Source: Candidatus Omnitrophota bacterium (lineage in GTDB: Bacteria > Omnitrophota > Omnitrophia > Omnitrophales > Aquincolibacteriaceae). From it: 64,000 nt of DNA. Within the stretch, counting starts at the first letter, position 1; each line of letters begins with the position of its first letter. Below are positions 9,254 to 19,469 of the stretch, one piece after another. The notes under the pieces were generated by a model. That model was not told the DNA's origin. It searched no databases and saw only the letters and a list, made by a program, of their open reading frames with translations. Location: the NCBI GenBank assembly GCA_016930235.1, contig JAFGHI010000021.1:56810-120809 (forward strand), given 5' to 3'. The position numbers were made by a program, and so were the translations under genes.

Positions 9254-10261
9254 TTAGGCCTTCCCTGCTGAGCCCAGGACCTTCTCATTTTTATGCTTGT
9301 ACATTGCAATCAAGGATTCACGCGCAGGGCCCAAGTATTTCCGGGGGTCAAATTCAGCCGGCTTCTCTTTGAAAACCTTCCTGACCGTTGCCGTCATCCA
9401 GAGACGTCCGTCGGAATCAATATTGACCTTACAGACAGATGACTTTGTCGCTTTCCGGAGCTGATCTTCAGGGATCCCAACAGCATCCTTTAAGGCACCG
9501 CCGTTAGCATTGATCAACTTGACGGCTTCGACAGGAACAGAAGAAGCCCCATGGAGAACAATCGGAAAACCGGGGATTCTCCGTTGAACTTCATCCAGGA
9601 TATCAAATCGAAGTTCAGGTGGAATATAAATACCGTCGGCATTTTTGGTGCATTGTTCGGGTTTGAATTTATTGGCACCGTGAGAAGTCCCGATCGAAAT
9701 TGCCAAAGAATCAACGCCGGTTTTCTTGACGAATTCCTCAACATCTGCGGGATTGGTGTAAGTAGATTTTTCAGCCACGACCTCATCTTCAATCCCTGCT
9801 AAAACCCCCAGCTCCCCTTCGACCGTCACATCATGCTGATGGGCATATTCCACGACCTGCTTAGTAAGCTTGATATTCTCTTCAAAGGAATGATGTGAAG
9901 CATCGATCATTACTGAAGAAAAACCCGATTCGATACAGGATTTGGCAAGCTCAAAGGTGTCCCCGTGATCCAAATGGAGAGCCATCGGAACGGGCTTCAG
10001 TTTTTTTTGCTTCGCAAGCTCTTGCATCATCTGAACGGCACCTTTCCCCATGTATTGAAGGAGCGTTTGATCCGCATACTTTCGGGCACCGCTTGAGACC
10101 TGCATAATCACAGGTGACTGACTCTCCACACAGGCAATCACGATAGCCTGAATCTGCTCCATATTATTAAAGTTATAAGCCGGTATGGCGTATCCGCCCT
10201 CCATCGCCTTTTTGAACATCTCCCGTGTGTTGACAAATCCGAGTTCTTTATACGAAACCAT
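9254..10261 (-). CDS. fba: Fructose-bisphosphate aldolase class II
   Basis: PAYNFNN, LHLDHG, SSVMIDAS, VEGELG, IGTSHG, VLHGAS, KVNIDSD, FDPRKYL. Confidence 0.96.
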   Translation of the reverse strand: MVSYKELGFVNTREMFKKAMEGGYAIPAYNFNNMEQIQAIVIACVESQSPVIMQVSSGARKYADQTLLQYMGKGAVQMMQELAKQKKLKPVPMALHLDHGDTFELAKSCIESGFSSVMIDASHHSFEENIKLTKQVVEYAHQHDVTVEGELGVLAGIEDEVVAEKSTYTNPADVEEFVKKTGVDSLAISIGTSHGANKFKPEQCTKNADGIYIPPELRFDILDEVQRRIPGFPIVLHGASSVPVEAVKLINANGGALKDAVGIPEDQLRKATKSSVCKVNIDSDGRLWMTATVRKVFKEKPAEFDPRKYLGPARESLIAMYKHKNEKVLGSAGKA

Positions 10262-10547
10262 TTGATTGCTCCTTTCGTAAAAACTTCTTTTCCCTTATCT
10301 CTCTTTGCCTTACGCTTTAAAAATCAGAGGTGCCGTTTCCAATATCCTCTCGGGGGAATCAATAAGATATCTTGGGGGTTGTATGCTAAACGATATCCGG
10401 GCTTTTTTCAATGTGTAAATGCAAAACACGTTCTCTTTTATACAACCCTTTGATACCCTTTCAGTTGGAGACGAACCTTGGATTCCTCTTGCGAAATTCA
10501 TCCTTTGAGGTAATATCATGTTCTTAACATTTTCTTCAAGGAGCGTC

Positions 10548-11756
10548 ATGAAAGCCTTACTCTTAACCAATGAATATCCTCCCCATATCTATGGGGGTGC
10601 CGGCATCCATATCGAATACTTAAGCCGGGAGTTGGCCAAACTATGTCAAGTGGATATCCGTTGCTTTGGGGATCAGAAAATCAATGAAAAATCCCTAACG
10701 GTCACGGGGTATGGGCCTATGCGGGACAAGGCCTCGGCTCCCCAGAAATTGACGATCGCCTTTGATGCCGTTCAGCGTTGTCTTGACTTTAATAAGACCT
10801 TGGTCGATGCCGATATCGTCCATTGTCACACCTGGTACACCCATTTCGGAGGAATCCTGGCTAAACTCAATTACTCTATTCCCTTTGTCCTAACATCACA
10901 CTCCCTTGAACCTTTGCGCCCCTGGAAACGCGAACAACTCGGAGGCGGTTATGATTTCAGCTGCTGGGTTGAGAAAACAGCCATCGAAATGGCGGACGCC
11001 GTCATTGCCGTCTCAAAGGATGCCAAGAAGGATATTCTCCGCTTTTTCACAATCCCCGAAGAAAAGGTCCATGTTATTTATAACGGTATTGATCCGGATG
11101 AATATCGCCCGGTCAAAGCACCCGAAAAGTTAACGCCATACGGGATCGATCTAAAGCAACCTTACGTCCTTTTTTTGGGGAGAATCACGAAACAGAAAGG
11201 AATTACTTATCTTATTGAAGCTATTTCACATATGAACCCAGATTTCCAAGTCGTCTTATGCGCCGGCGCTCCTGACACAAAAGAATTAGCCGATCAAGTG
11301 CATTCGCGAATCACTCAACTTCAAAAAGAGCGCAAGGGAGTTATCTGGATTCAAGAAATGCTTCCCACCAACGTAAAAGCAGCCCTCTTTTCCCATGCTG
11401 CCCTTTTCTGCTGCCCCTCTATTTATGAACCGTTCGGCATCATTAACCTGGAAGCTATGGCTTGTGAAACCCCTGTCGTCGCAAGCGCGGTCGGCGGAAT
11501 CCCCGAAGTGGTCGAGGATGGAAAAACCGGTGTATTAGTCTCCCTCAAGCAGAAGAAAACAAGCCCTTTTGAACCGCTCGATCCTAAGAAATTCTCAAAG
11601 GACTTGGCCCAAGCCATCAATCGCTTAATGGACAATGGACCGCTGCGTTTAAAAATGGGGAAAGCAGGACGTAAACGCGCCATTCAAATTTTCAGCTGGA
11701 AGGCCATCGCCAAAAAGACCTTTGATTTCTATCAGTCCCTTGTCAAAAAAAGTTAA
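10548..11756 (+). CDS. glgA: GT4 glycogen synthase (actinobacterial GlgA/GlgM type)
   Basis: TNEYPPHIYGGAG, HCHTWY, HSLEPLRPWKREQLGGGY, YEPFGIINLEAMAC; AGGAG RBS before ATG 10548. Confidence 0.88.
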   Translation: MKALLLTNEYPPHIYGGAGIHIEYLSRELAKLCQVDIRCFGDQKINEKSLTVTGYGPMRDKASAPQKLTIAFDAVQRCLDFNKTLVDADIVHCHTWYTHFGGILAKLNYSIPFVLTSHSLEPLRPWKREQLGGGYDFSCWVEKTAIEMADAVIAVSKDAKKDILRFFTIPEEKVHVIYNGIDPDEYRPVKAPEKLTPYGIDLKQPYVLFLGRITKQKGITYLIEAISHMNPDFQVVLCAGAPDTKELADQVHSRITQLQKERKGVIWIQEMLPTNVKAALFSHAALFCCPSIYEPFGIINLEAMACETPVVASAVGGIPEVVEDGKTGVLVSLKQKKTSPFEPLDPKKFSKDLAQAINRLMDNGPLRLKMGKAGRKRAIQIFSWKAIAKKTFDFYQSLVKKS

Positions 11757-11797
11757 ATTCTTTTCTTTTTTTATCTTATCACGCAAAAATCATCATT

Positions 11798-11840
11798 AAA
11801 AAAAGAAGACCACAACCTTGAATTGGTCGTGGCCTTCTTT
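11798..11840 (-). terminator. Intrinsic terminator after the small secreted peptide gene
   Basis: Minus strand GAAGGCCACGACC-AATTCAA-GGTTGTGGTCTTC-TTTTTTT (stem with G-U pairs). Confidence 0.75.
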
Positions 11841-11860
11841 ATAGATCTAACAAACGGGTT

Positions 11861-12010
11861 CTAGCCCTGATTGTCCTGACTGTTAAAACCGACTTGATTC
11901 ACTTCACCCAGCCCTTTTTCTCCTCGAACCTTATCTCCCCCTGCCCAAGCAAGCGCGACCGCTGTCGACAAGAAAATTAAGGCGAATGCCAAGGCTATCA
12001 ACTTCTTCAT
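11861..12010 (-). CDS. 49-aa secreted peptide with Sec signal (not in supplied ORF track)
   Basis: MKKLIALAFALIFLSTAVALAWA-GGDKVRGEKGLGEVNQVGFNSQDNQG*; GAGGTGAG RBS; 16 nt after the RND stop; terminator follows. Confidence 0.8.
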   Translation of the reverse strand: MKKLIALAFALIFLSTAVALAWAGGDKVRGEKGLGEVNQVGFNSQDNQG

Positions 12011-12026
12011 TGCTCACCTCTTTCTG

Positions 12027-15000
12027 TTAAGACGTTTTGACTTTTCGAAATCTGAAAAAGATATCCTTCTCAACACTGAAAACAGACGGGATAAGGACAA
12101 GGGTAATTAACGTCCCAAAGAGAAGCCCCCAGGTCAAGGCCAGCATCATCTCCGCCAACATCGCATCATAACCCGCAAAACCATAAGCCGTCGGCAAAAG
12201 GCCCGCAACCGTAGTTAAGGTCGTCAAGGTAACTGCGCGCAAGCGCGTCTTGGCAATATCCGCAATTTGCCGATGAGGATGGATATCTCCTTTTTCATTG
12301 TTATATTCTTTATCTAATTTCGTAAGCATAATAATAGAATCATTAATAACAACCCCTGATAATCCGAGAACGCCGATCGCAGCATAAAAACCAAACAACA
12401 CTTTCCCATGAAGCCAAAATGCAAAAACAACACCCACAATACCAAAAGGAATAGCCAGCATGATCATCAGAGGCTTCCAAATCGAATTAAAAAGAATGGC
12501 TAGGACGACATAAATCAGAAAAAGCACCATTGTGACAGCATGCCCGATATCACTTTTGGATTCCCGGGTATCTTGCACCTCGCCTCCAAAGGAAATTGTC
12601 GTCGTTGGATAATGAGCCAAAATTTCCGGGAAAATTTTTTTCTCGAGTTCTTCAGCCGCCTCTAACGGCGTCAAACGGCTTTTCTTATCCAGGCCGGCGT
12701 CAACAAGGGTGGTGCGTTTAAGGTCCTGACGGAAAATTGAATTGGGGGACTCGATCTCTTCAACCGAAACAACTTTCCCCAGCAATACCAGATAATCCCC
12801 CTGATTCTCAACCGGGATCGCGAGAATCTTATCCATACTGTCTTTGGCTTCATCAACCGTCGTCAAACGGACATCCATCTCTTCATCGCCCCTGGGAAAT
12901 TCATAAAGAATTGCGCCTTCGAGCGCTGCCCTCAACGTTGACCCCATATCGACGGGGCTAATCGACAAACGCTTGGCCATTTCCTGACTGATGCTGACCC
13001 GGAATTCGGGGATCCGAAACCCTTCATCCACCTCAATCTCCACAAAATCGGGGTGCGCTTCCATCTTCCCAATAATTTCCTGAACAACTTCATTGCGTAA
13101 AACATCATCATTCTGTTTAACTAAAATCTCGATCACTTTTCCGGTGTCTTGCCCCCATCGACTTTTACCGAAAGAAACCTTTCGAAATCCTTCCAGTTCC
13201 ATAATGGGTTTTTCAAGCTCCTTGATCAAACGGTCTGCCGACTTATTTCTCTTCTCTTTGGGGACAATTTCCATTGTGATCCGGAATTTATTTTCTTCGA
13301 TGGCTCCGCCTCTTCGGCTTCTGGCAATTTCAGTTCGATACCCGATCACTTCCTTGCCAACAAAAGGGTCTATTTTTTCTTCAATCTTCTTGACCATGCC
13401 AGCGGTATCATACCGCTTCGTCCCGGCCGCCACTTCCCCGGAGAGCACAATCTCCCTTGTTTCTTCATTCGGGAACATCACAAACTTCATCCGGGTTTGA
13501 ACGATAAAAATCGACAAGACCAACATGAAAAAGAAAGAGACGAAGATCACCTTTTTATACGGCAGGATTTTCTCGAGAAGACGCCCATATTTTTCCTCGT
13601 ACGAGTCAAACCAGTGTTGATACTTATGCCCGGTGCTTTTTTTGTTTCGGCTCCGCCATCTTTCAAAAAGAGGATGGTCAAAACTCATGTGCCCCGGCAA
13701 AATAAAAATAGACTCGAACAAACTAGCGCCCAGCACCAAGAAGATAATAGGCGGGATGTATTGGATAAACGCACTGAATCTTCCTTCGAAAAAATAAAGC
13801 GGCACGAAAGCAATACAGGTGGTCAAGATACTTGCAATAACGGGGAATAAAACATAGGAAGTCCCTTTCACAGCAGCTGTTAGGGCATCAACCCCCTGGC
13901 GAAGCATGCGCGTAATATTCTCGGCCACCACAATCGCGTCATCCACAATCATCCCCATCACGATGATCACCGCAGCCAAGGTTGTCCCATTAATCGTAAA
14001 TCCCATCCAAGAACCCGCGATCAGCGTAAAACACAAGGTAAATGGGATACCCAAAGCCACCCAAATACCTGATCGTTTATTGAGAAAAAGAAAAAGTGTA
14101 ATCAAAATGAGAATGAACCCGATCCCGCCATTGATCCCGATAATGGACAAACGGTTCCTAAGATCAATGGATTCATCATCAAGGAAAAGGACACGGATAG
14201 AAGTCCCAGCAAGCTGATTCTTCTCGTATCCCTTAACCACACGGGTGACTTCCTCAAGGGCGTCCAAGATCCCGGAAGAGCTATTTTTGACGACATTAAG
14301 CATCACCGCCTCATGACCGTTCACCTTGAGGACATTTTCATTTTTCTCAAACCCTTCTTCGATTTGAGCCAATTCCCCTAACCGGACCACACCCCCTTCA
14401 AAACCACCTTGGACAATCAGCTTCTGTAATTTCTCAACAGTGTTGAGTTCCGAGAGGAGCGTAACCTTGGGTTCCTCTCTGGTTTCAATGCTCCCCGCAG
14501 GCTTGCGGATATGATTATTTTTGATTTCCTGCATGACAGTATTGAAAGGAATCTCATATTCGATTAACTTTTCCGGTTTGACCTTGATTTGAATCTCGGG
14601 CTGCAGATATCCTCGGCGTGTCACACTATTGACTTCCGGGAGGTTTAAAAGCTGATCTTCCAACGTGAGGGCATACTTTTGAAGTTTCTGGCGGGATGGA
14701 ACATCCAATAAATGTGTTTCGGTATCGATTAGCGCAATATCCAGAATCGCCTTCTTGGATGTCTTGAAGACACGAATGTCGGGATCGTTAATGACCTCCT
14801 CGGGCAATTCGACATCGAAAACCTCGCTACGGATCTCGGTCAGAATTTCTTCAATACCATAATCCCCACGTTCCAATTCGACGTTGATCGAACTTAATCC
14901 TACACTTGAATGACTCGTAATGCGATAAACGCCGTCGATGCCGCGCAAAACTTCTTCGATAGGCTCCGTAACAAAATATTCAACATCTTCTGCTGTCGCA

Positions 15001-15161
15001 CCTGGATATTGCACCTGGATACGAACACGATCAAAAGTAATATCAGGAAGTTCTTCTTTCTTGGTATGATTCCAGGCGAGAATACCACCCATTAAAACGG
15101 CAATGACAATAGCATTCGTCAAAAAGTGCCGTTTCGCGAAATATGCAATTACTTTTTCCAT
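12027..15161 (-). CDS. RND family transporter permease (AcrB/AcrD/AcrF-like)
   Basis: 1044 aa; YPGATAEDVE..VTEPIE, GMIVDDAIVVAEN, RLRAVTLTTLTT; 12-TM pattern. Confidence 0.92.
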   Translation of the reverse strand: MEKVIAYFAKRHFLTNAIVIAVLMGGILAWNHTKKEELPDITFDRVRIQVQYPGATAEDVEYFVTEPIEEVLRGIDGVYRITSHSSVGLSSINVELERGDYGIEEILTEIRSEVFDVELPEEVINDPDIRVFKTSKKAILDIALIDTETHLLDVPSRQKLQKYALTLEDQLLNLPEVNSVTRRGYLQPEIQIKVKPEKLIEYEIPFNTVMQEIKNNHIRKPAGSIETREEPKVTLLSELNTVEKLQKLIVQGGFEGGVVRLGELAQIEEGFEKNENVLKVNGHEAVMLNVVKNSSSGILDALEEVTRVVKGYEKNQLAGTSIRVLFLDDESIDLRNRLSIIGINGGIGFILILITLFLFLNKRSGIWVALGIPFTLCFTLIAGSWMGFTINGTTLAAVIIVMGMIVDDAIVVAENITRMLRQGVDALTAAVKGTSYVLFPVIASILTTCIAFVPLYFFEGRFSAFIQYIPPIIFLVLGASLFESIFILPGHMSFDHPLFERWRSRNKKSTGHKYQHWFDSYEEKYGRLLEKILPYKKVIFVSFFFMLVLSIFIVQTRMKFVMFPNEETREIVLSGEVAAGTKRYDTAGMVKKIEEKIDPFVGKEVIGYRTEIARSRRGGAIEENKFRITMEIVPKEKRNKSADRLIKELEKPIMELEGFRKVSFGKSRWGQDTGKVIEILVKQNDDVLRNEVVQEIIGKMEAHPDFVEIEVDEGFRIPEFRVSISQEMAKRLSISPVDMGSTLRAALEGAILYEFPRGDEEMDVRLTTVDEAKDSMDKILAIPVENQGDYLVLLGKVVSVEEIESPNSIFRQDLKRTTLVDAGLDKKSRLTPLEAAEELEKKIFPEILAHYPTTTISFGGEVQDTRESKSDIGHAVTMVLFLIYVVLAILFNSIWKPLMIMLAIPFGIVGVVFAFWLHGKVLFGFYAAIGVLGLSGVVINDSIIMLTKLDKEYNNEKGDIHPHRQIADIAKTRLRAVTLTTLTTVAGLLPTAYGFAGYDAMLAEMMLALTWGLLFGTLITLVLIPSVFSVEKDIFFRFRKVKTS

Positions 15162-15247
15162 TGTTTCAATAACTCATCATCTATAGCTTTCAAATTCGTG
15201 AGACCTTGGACAACCCAAAAACATGAACTCTCTTTTTTTTTGAAACA

Positions 15248-15298
15248 GACGAAGCCGGTTCTGCGGATACTCTCGGCAAAACAGGCTTCGTCCTTTTT
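15248..15298. terminator. Hairpin between the DPS-like gene and the RND gene
   Basis: GACGAAGCC...GGCTTCGTC inverted repeat; the T-tract is better on the + strand, so orientation is uncertain. Confidence 0.35.
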
Positions 15299-15338
15299 GA
15301 TCAAGCCCCTGAAATAGCTTTGGGCCGGATAAACCGTT

Positions 15339-15851
15339 TTACCTTCCCACTCCGACCTTCTGCTGTAAAACATCCTGCAAATCTTCCTGTAACGCCTGCA
15401 AATCTTCTTCGTGCTCAACTTCATCCTGAAGAATCTGAAGCGCAATATTGTAAGTCACAGGATCCTTCGTTGCCGTCACATCCATGATATTCTTGTAAAC
15501 ACTGATGGCACATTGCTCACCTTTGATGTTCTGCTCGATCAGCGTCTTGACATGAGGATCTTCCGGAGCATCGTACCCACAATTGGAAAACTTTGGCCAA
15601 TCTTCAGGTTTCGATACAGGAGTGCCTCCAAGCTGAATGATCCTCGATGTGACCATATCCGCGTGACGAAGCTCATCCGCAGCATGCTGAGTCAACTCCG
15701 CAATCACGGCCTCCTTCATTGGCCCTTTGGCAACCTTGGCCCCCAGCCAATACTGGTAATAAGCCAGCCATTCATCCGCGTAGGCCTTCCTCAAAATCTC
15801 AACCACCTTCTTGACATCCATCCCGACAATCTCTCTTCCTCTCGTTCCCAT
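15339..15851 (-). CDS. DPS-like (DPSL) ferritin-superfamily protein
   Basis: AYADEWLAYYQYW, ELRHAD, RIIQLGG, GEQCAI, DEVEHEED di-iron ligands. Confidence 0.88.
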   Translation of the reverse strand: MGTRGREIVGMDVKKVVEILRKAYADEWLAYYQYWLGAKVAKGPMKEAVIAELTQHAADELRHADMVTSRIIQLGGTPVSKPEDWPKFSNCGYDAPEDPHVKTLIEQNIKGEQCAISVYKNIMDVTATKDPVTYNIALQILQDEVEHEEDLQALQEDLQDVLQQKVGVGR

Positions 15852-16090
15852 CGGAAACCTCCTTCACCATCATTTACGCCCAGTTTTCAAACAGGAGACA
15901 TTCTACCAAAAAATCCAGGGAATGCCATTGCTATACCGCCCCCCTATATGGAAAATAATCATAAGTGAATCCCGAAATACAGTGCTATATTATTCCCAAG
16001 AAAAAGAGAATGGAAATTTTCGGTAAACCGCAACCGTCGGATATTGTTTCAAACTGACTCTTGACTGATCGATAGTCATCAAAGGGCACC

Positions 16091-16918
16091 ATGGGCACAA
16101 AAAAAACCTGGGAGGATAGGTATCAGGCCAGGTTTGATCAACACAAGGTTAAGCCGGCTCTCAGAAAAAAATACCAGGATTCTTTTAAGGATAGGGCCGA
16201 ATTCAAGGCTAATGTAATTTATGAGAGGATTCACCATTGCCTGGGTAGAATTCCGAAAAGCTGTTGTGATATCGGATGCGGGTTTGGTGTTGTCGCCACC
16301 CGTTTTGCCAGAGAAGGCATAGAAACATTAGGAATTGACCATGATGATGATTTGATTGAAATATGCCGCTTAAAGCAGGAGGAAGAGGGACTCCCCGGTA
16401 ATCTTTGTTATCAATCATTCGACATTTCAAAAACACTCCCCGAGAAAAAATTTGATCTGATTCTCTGTATCGACACTTTGGAACATATCCAAGATGACGC
16501 AAGCGCTCTTCACAACATGGTTTCATCCCTACAAGAAAACGGGGCTATTTATATATCAACGCCTAACAAATTCTGCTTGTTTTCTCTTCTGAGCGATCCT
16601 CATTTCCATGTCCCTTTGGTTTCCTTGATGCCGCGTCGCTGGACCGAATTGATTGTCAGCAAATTATTGCGAAAAATTTATGCCGTCGACGTCGAAAAAC
16701 TTTATTCTTTATCATCGTTGAGACAGTTGTGCAACCGCGCCCATTTAAAGATTCGGCATATCAATTTAGAGCAATTTCGAGAAACGGTCATCACCCAACC
16801 TACCCCTTTCCGGAAAATGCTTAACGCTTTATGCCGAATAAATTTTTTGAAATCCGTTTTAGAAAATATATACATTCGGTTAATCGTCAGAGAACACTGT
16901 TTTCTTTTACAGCGCTAG
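16091..16918 (+). CDS. Class I SAM-dependent methyltransferase
   Basis: DIGCGFG, GID, FDLILCIDTLEH, ISTPN. Confidence 0.82.
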   Translation: MGTKKTWEDRYQARFDQHKVKPALRKKYQDSFKDRAEFKANVIYERIHHCLGRIPKSCCDIGCGFGVVATRFAREGIETLGIDHDDDLIEICRLKQEEEGLPGNLCYQSFDISKTLPEKKFDLILCIDTLEHIQDDASALHNMVSSLQENGAIYISTPNKFCLFSLLSDPHFHVPLVSLMPRRWTELIVSKLLRKIYAVDVEKLYSLSSLRQLCNRAHLKIRHINLEQFRETVITQPTPFRKMLNALCRINFLKSVLENIYIRLIVREHCFLLQR

Positions 16919-17107
16919 GCAAAAGTCATCCGGAAATTTCTCTCCGCGCCGCATTGATTCAACCTCTAAAGATCCGTCGCGGCTACAACAGCAAAATAGG
17001 AATATGCTTCATCGAAAAATATTAAATTTTTCCCTAAAACCATGGCACTATTTTCGGGGTTGAATCACGAGTGACGGACTTTGAGAGGAAAACACCGTTC
17101 CGGTTAT

Positions 17108-17650
17108 TTATGTATGACTAATCCAATAGAGGCGGTTATCTTCGAGCTTATATAAAAGAGGCGCTATTTTAATCTTCGGGTATTGTTGCGAAAGACGTTG
17201 GGTTTCGCTTAGGATAAAATCAATTTCATTACCGATTTCGAACAAGGGCGAATAATGCATAAAATGATCTTCAGCTCTTTGAGCACCCCAGCCCGCATGC
17301 TCGCATAAGCCTTGAATGAACTGTTGTTTTCGAGCCTTGAGATTGACCATGCCGCATTGTGTGTGGCCTATGCGAGCCATATGTTTTACGCCGCCCACCG
17401 CAATGGCATAAGAAACCTTAAATTCGCTATAACGCAAATTAGCCCTGCCGGTTTGAAGGATATAAGCAAAGTTTTCCGGAATATTCAGCTTCTTGCGGTT
17501 ATCCATACACATTCCGATTAAGAGTTCAGCTTGTTCATAACTTTTATGCGGCATCCTGGAATTGTGATAAAGAAGCAGATCCCCTATCGGCGTTTTTTGA
17601 AATTCCTCCGGGATATCTTTCCTCTCACGAATCATAAGAAGTTTATGCAT
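17108..17650 (-). CDS. Beta-class carbonic anhydrase-like protein
   Basis: CMDNR and GHTQCGM zinc-ligand motifs. Confidence 0.78.
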   Translation of the reverse strand: MHKLLMIRERKDIPEEFQKTPIGDLLLYHNSRMPHKSYEQAELLIGMCMDNRKKLNIPENFAYILQTGRANLRYSEFKVSYAIAVGGVKHMARIGHTQCGMVNLKARKQQFIQGLCEHAGWGAQRAEDHFMHYSPLFEIGNEIDFILSETQRLSQQYPKIKIAPLLYKLEDNRLYWISHT

Positions 17651-17682
17651 CCTCCACCTCTAAAAAATAGATTTTTTTTCTT

Positions 17683-18468
17683 TCATAGCGGAGCTGACAG
17701 TGTACGTTCGACCTGCATTGATCCATTTTGACTCGCTGCCCACATCTTTTTGACGGCCGCTGCATCAATCCTTAATGTATCAATGATCTCCTGAGCCCGC
17801 TTGAGATGCCGTTCAAATTTCTGAAGGGCTGCCTCATAAACTAATAAAAACCAGCTACTCTCCACAACCATAATCGTGGCCATGGTTTTAAGCTTTTGGG
17901 ACTGTGGCCCCTTCATCTGATAGGTCACCTGAACGGCTTCCCTTCCCCCTATCATCAGCACCTTTTCCTTCGGTTCACCTTGAGTTCCAGAGCTAGACTC
18001 GATCTTGCGCACCAATTCTGCCGCCATGGCGCGGCTCGTGTCTACCTGTGGTTTGACAGGCCGGCCCATCATTTGCACCTGGAGCATAACTTCAGGATCG
18101 GTCAGCGGCGAAAATTCAAAAAACCGCATAAAAGGTCCGCGATGCTCAAGCGGTGCTGCAAGCCATGTATCCTTAGGATGAAAAATTCTCAGTACTTTCT
18201 GCTGATTGACGGTCGCTGAGGCCTCATACCATTCCTGATCGACCTTAACATCAGCACCGGTCTTCTTCACCGACCGCAACATTTGTGTCTCGCCCGAGTT
18301 GACGGCCGAACCGTCACTTTCCAAATACTCGGTTATATCTTTGCCGTCCTCCTCAACCCAACTGGCAACTTCCTGACCGTCTTCCAAAACAATATACTTC
18401 GTCCCCGTAAGCAGGAACAAATTGGCAATAAAAAAAAGAAATACCCCTGATTTCTTCAAAGTCATCAT
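17683..18468 (-). CDS. Exported hypothetical protein, possible PsbP-like C-terminal domain
   Basis: N-terminal hydrophobic segment; IGGREAVQVTY...FERHLKRAQEIIDTLRI pattern. Confidence 0.55.
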   Translation of the reverse strand: MMTLKKSGVFLFFIANLFLLTGTKYIVLEDGQEVASWVEEDGKDITEYLESDGSAVNSGETQMLRSVKKTGADVKVDQEWYEASATVNQQKVLRIFHPKDTWLAAPLEHRGPFMRFFEFSPLTDPEVMLQVQMMGRPVKPQVDTSRAMAAELVRKIESSSGTQGEPKEKVLMIGGREAVQVTYQMKGPQSQKLKTMATIMVVESSWFLLVYEAALQKFERHLKRAQEIIDTLRIDAAAVKKMWAASQNGSMQVERTLSAPL

Positions 18469-19469
18469 CGCAGCTCCTTACCGCTTTCCGGCTGGTTATT
18501 TGTCTCTCTAAATAGAGCGTCGAAAATAATCTCAGCCAGAAGAGCATTGCCGCTTGCGGAATAGTGTGCTCCATCCCAATAGAGAGTTCTCTGATCTCCA
18601 GGGTATTTTCTGGCAATCAAGGTAGCCCCATCGATGAAATTGATCTTGTGGTCACTCAAGAAATTCTCAAACCACTTATAAGCTTCACTTCTATCCGAAA
18701 ATTCGTTTCGGCTGGGAGATAAAACAACCGTAAGATCCGCCCCCTTCTCTTTCAAAAAAGCAACCAGTTGTTCGAGGAGAATTTCACAAATATCCGATGC
18801 TTCTTTGATTGAAATCTTCTTATCACCAGCCATTTTTGAAAACAAGTTAGCTAAAACAGGACTCGGTTCGACAAATCTCTTATAAAGCCAGCTCTCCGCT
18901 AACAGGTTCCTTATATTGAATCTTTGCACCGGAACTCCGGTAAGTTTCAAATTTGTCCCATCAAATCTAAAAAGCGGTTTTCTTTTACCATAAAGGGTAT
19001 TCGTCGCTATGTCCTCAAGATCATTCGCAAAAAGGACAAGAATGACATGCTGGACATAGGGAATTTGACCGATATCCGATTTTAAGCGCAGATAGCTTTG
19101 GTCAAGTCCATAGCCGGGCACGGCTAAATTTTGAACTTGCTCATTTTTTAACTTATTTTGAAGATAAAAGGACAAAGTTTGATTGTCCGGAAGGCCATAA
19201 CCCCATGCGACTGAATCGCCTGCGATAAGAATTTGCGACCGTTTTGGATCAATCTCTTCTGAGCGGAAACCCTTCGAATTTGTATGAATACTGCCGGAAG
19301 GACGGTCGGGCAACGAAAGATTGGGAATTGGACTCCATCCGAGATAAGAATCAAACGATATAAACGTAAAAGGGTCGCGTCTTAAGAAATAATGAGAAAC
19401 ATCGATGATGAGACAACCGAGCGTAAGCGCAAGGATCGAAGAAACCAAAAATAGAAGAAAATTCGGCAA
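18465..19469 (-). CDS. Membrane-anchored SGNH/GDSL hydrolase family protein
   Basis: N-terminal TM, TNSKGFR, GDSVAWG, NLAVPGYG, FANDL, DGAHY. Confidence 0.8.
   Translation of the reverse strand: MPNFLLFLVSSILALTLGCLIIDVSHYFLRRDPFTFISFDSYLGWSPIPNLSLPDRPSGSIHTNSKGFRSEEIDPKRSQILIAGDSVAWGYGLPDNQTLSFYLQNKLKNEQVQNLAVPGYGLDQSYLRLKSDIGQIPYVQHVILVLFANDLEDIATNTLYGKRKPLFRFDGTNLKLTGVPVQRFNIRNLLAESWLYKRFVEPSPVLANLFSKMAGDKKISIKEASDICEILLEQLVAFLKEKGADLTVVLSPSRNEFSDRSEAYKWFENFLSDHKINFIDGATLIARKYPGDQRTLYWDGAHYSASGNALLAEIIFDALFRETNNQPESGKELR

Noticed and set aside
15149-15445. 98-aa minus-strand ORF between DPSL and RND
   Set aside because: Overlaps both neighbours, runs through a hairpin and has no recognisable motif
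17043-17058. TGGCAC sigma54-like site
   Set aside because: No GC at the -12 position and no + strand gene downstream
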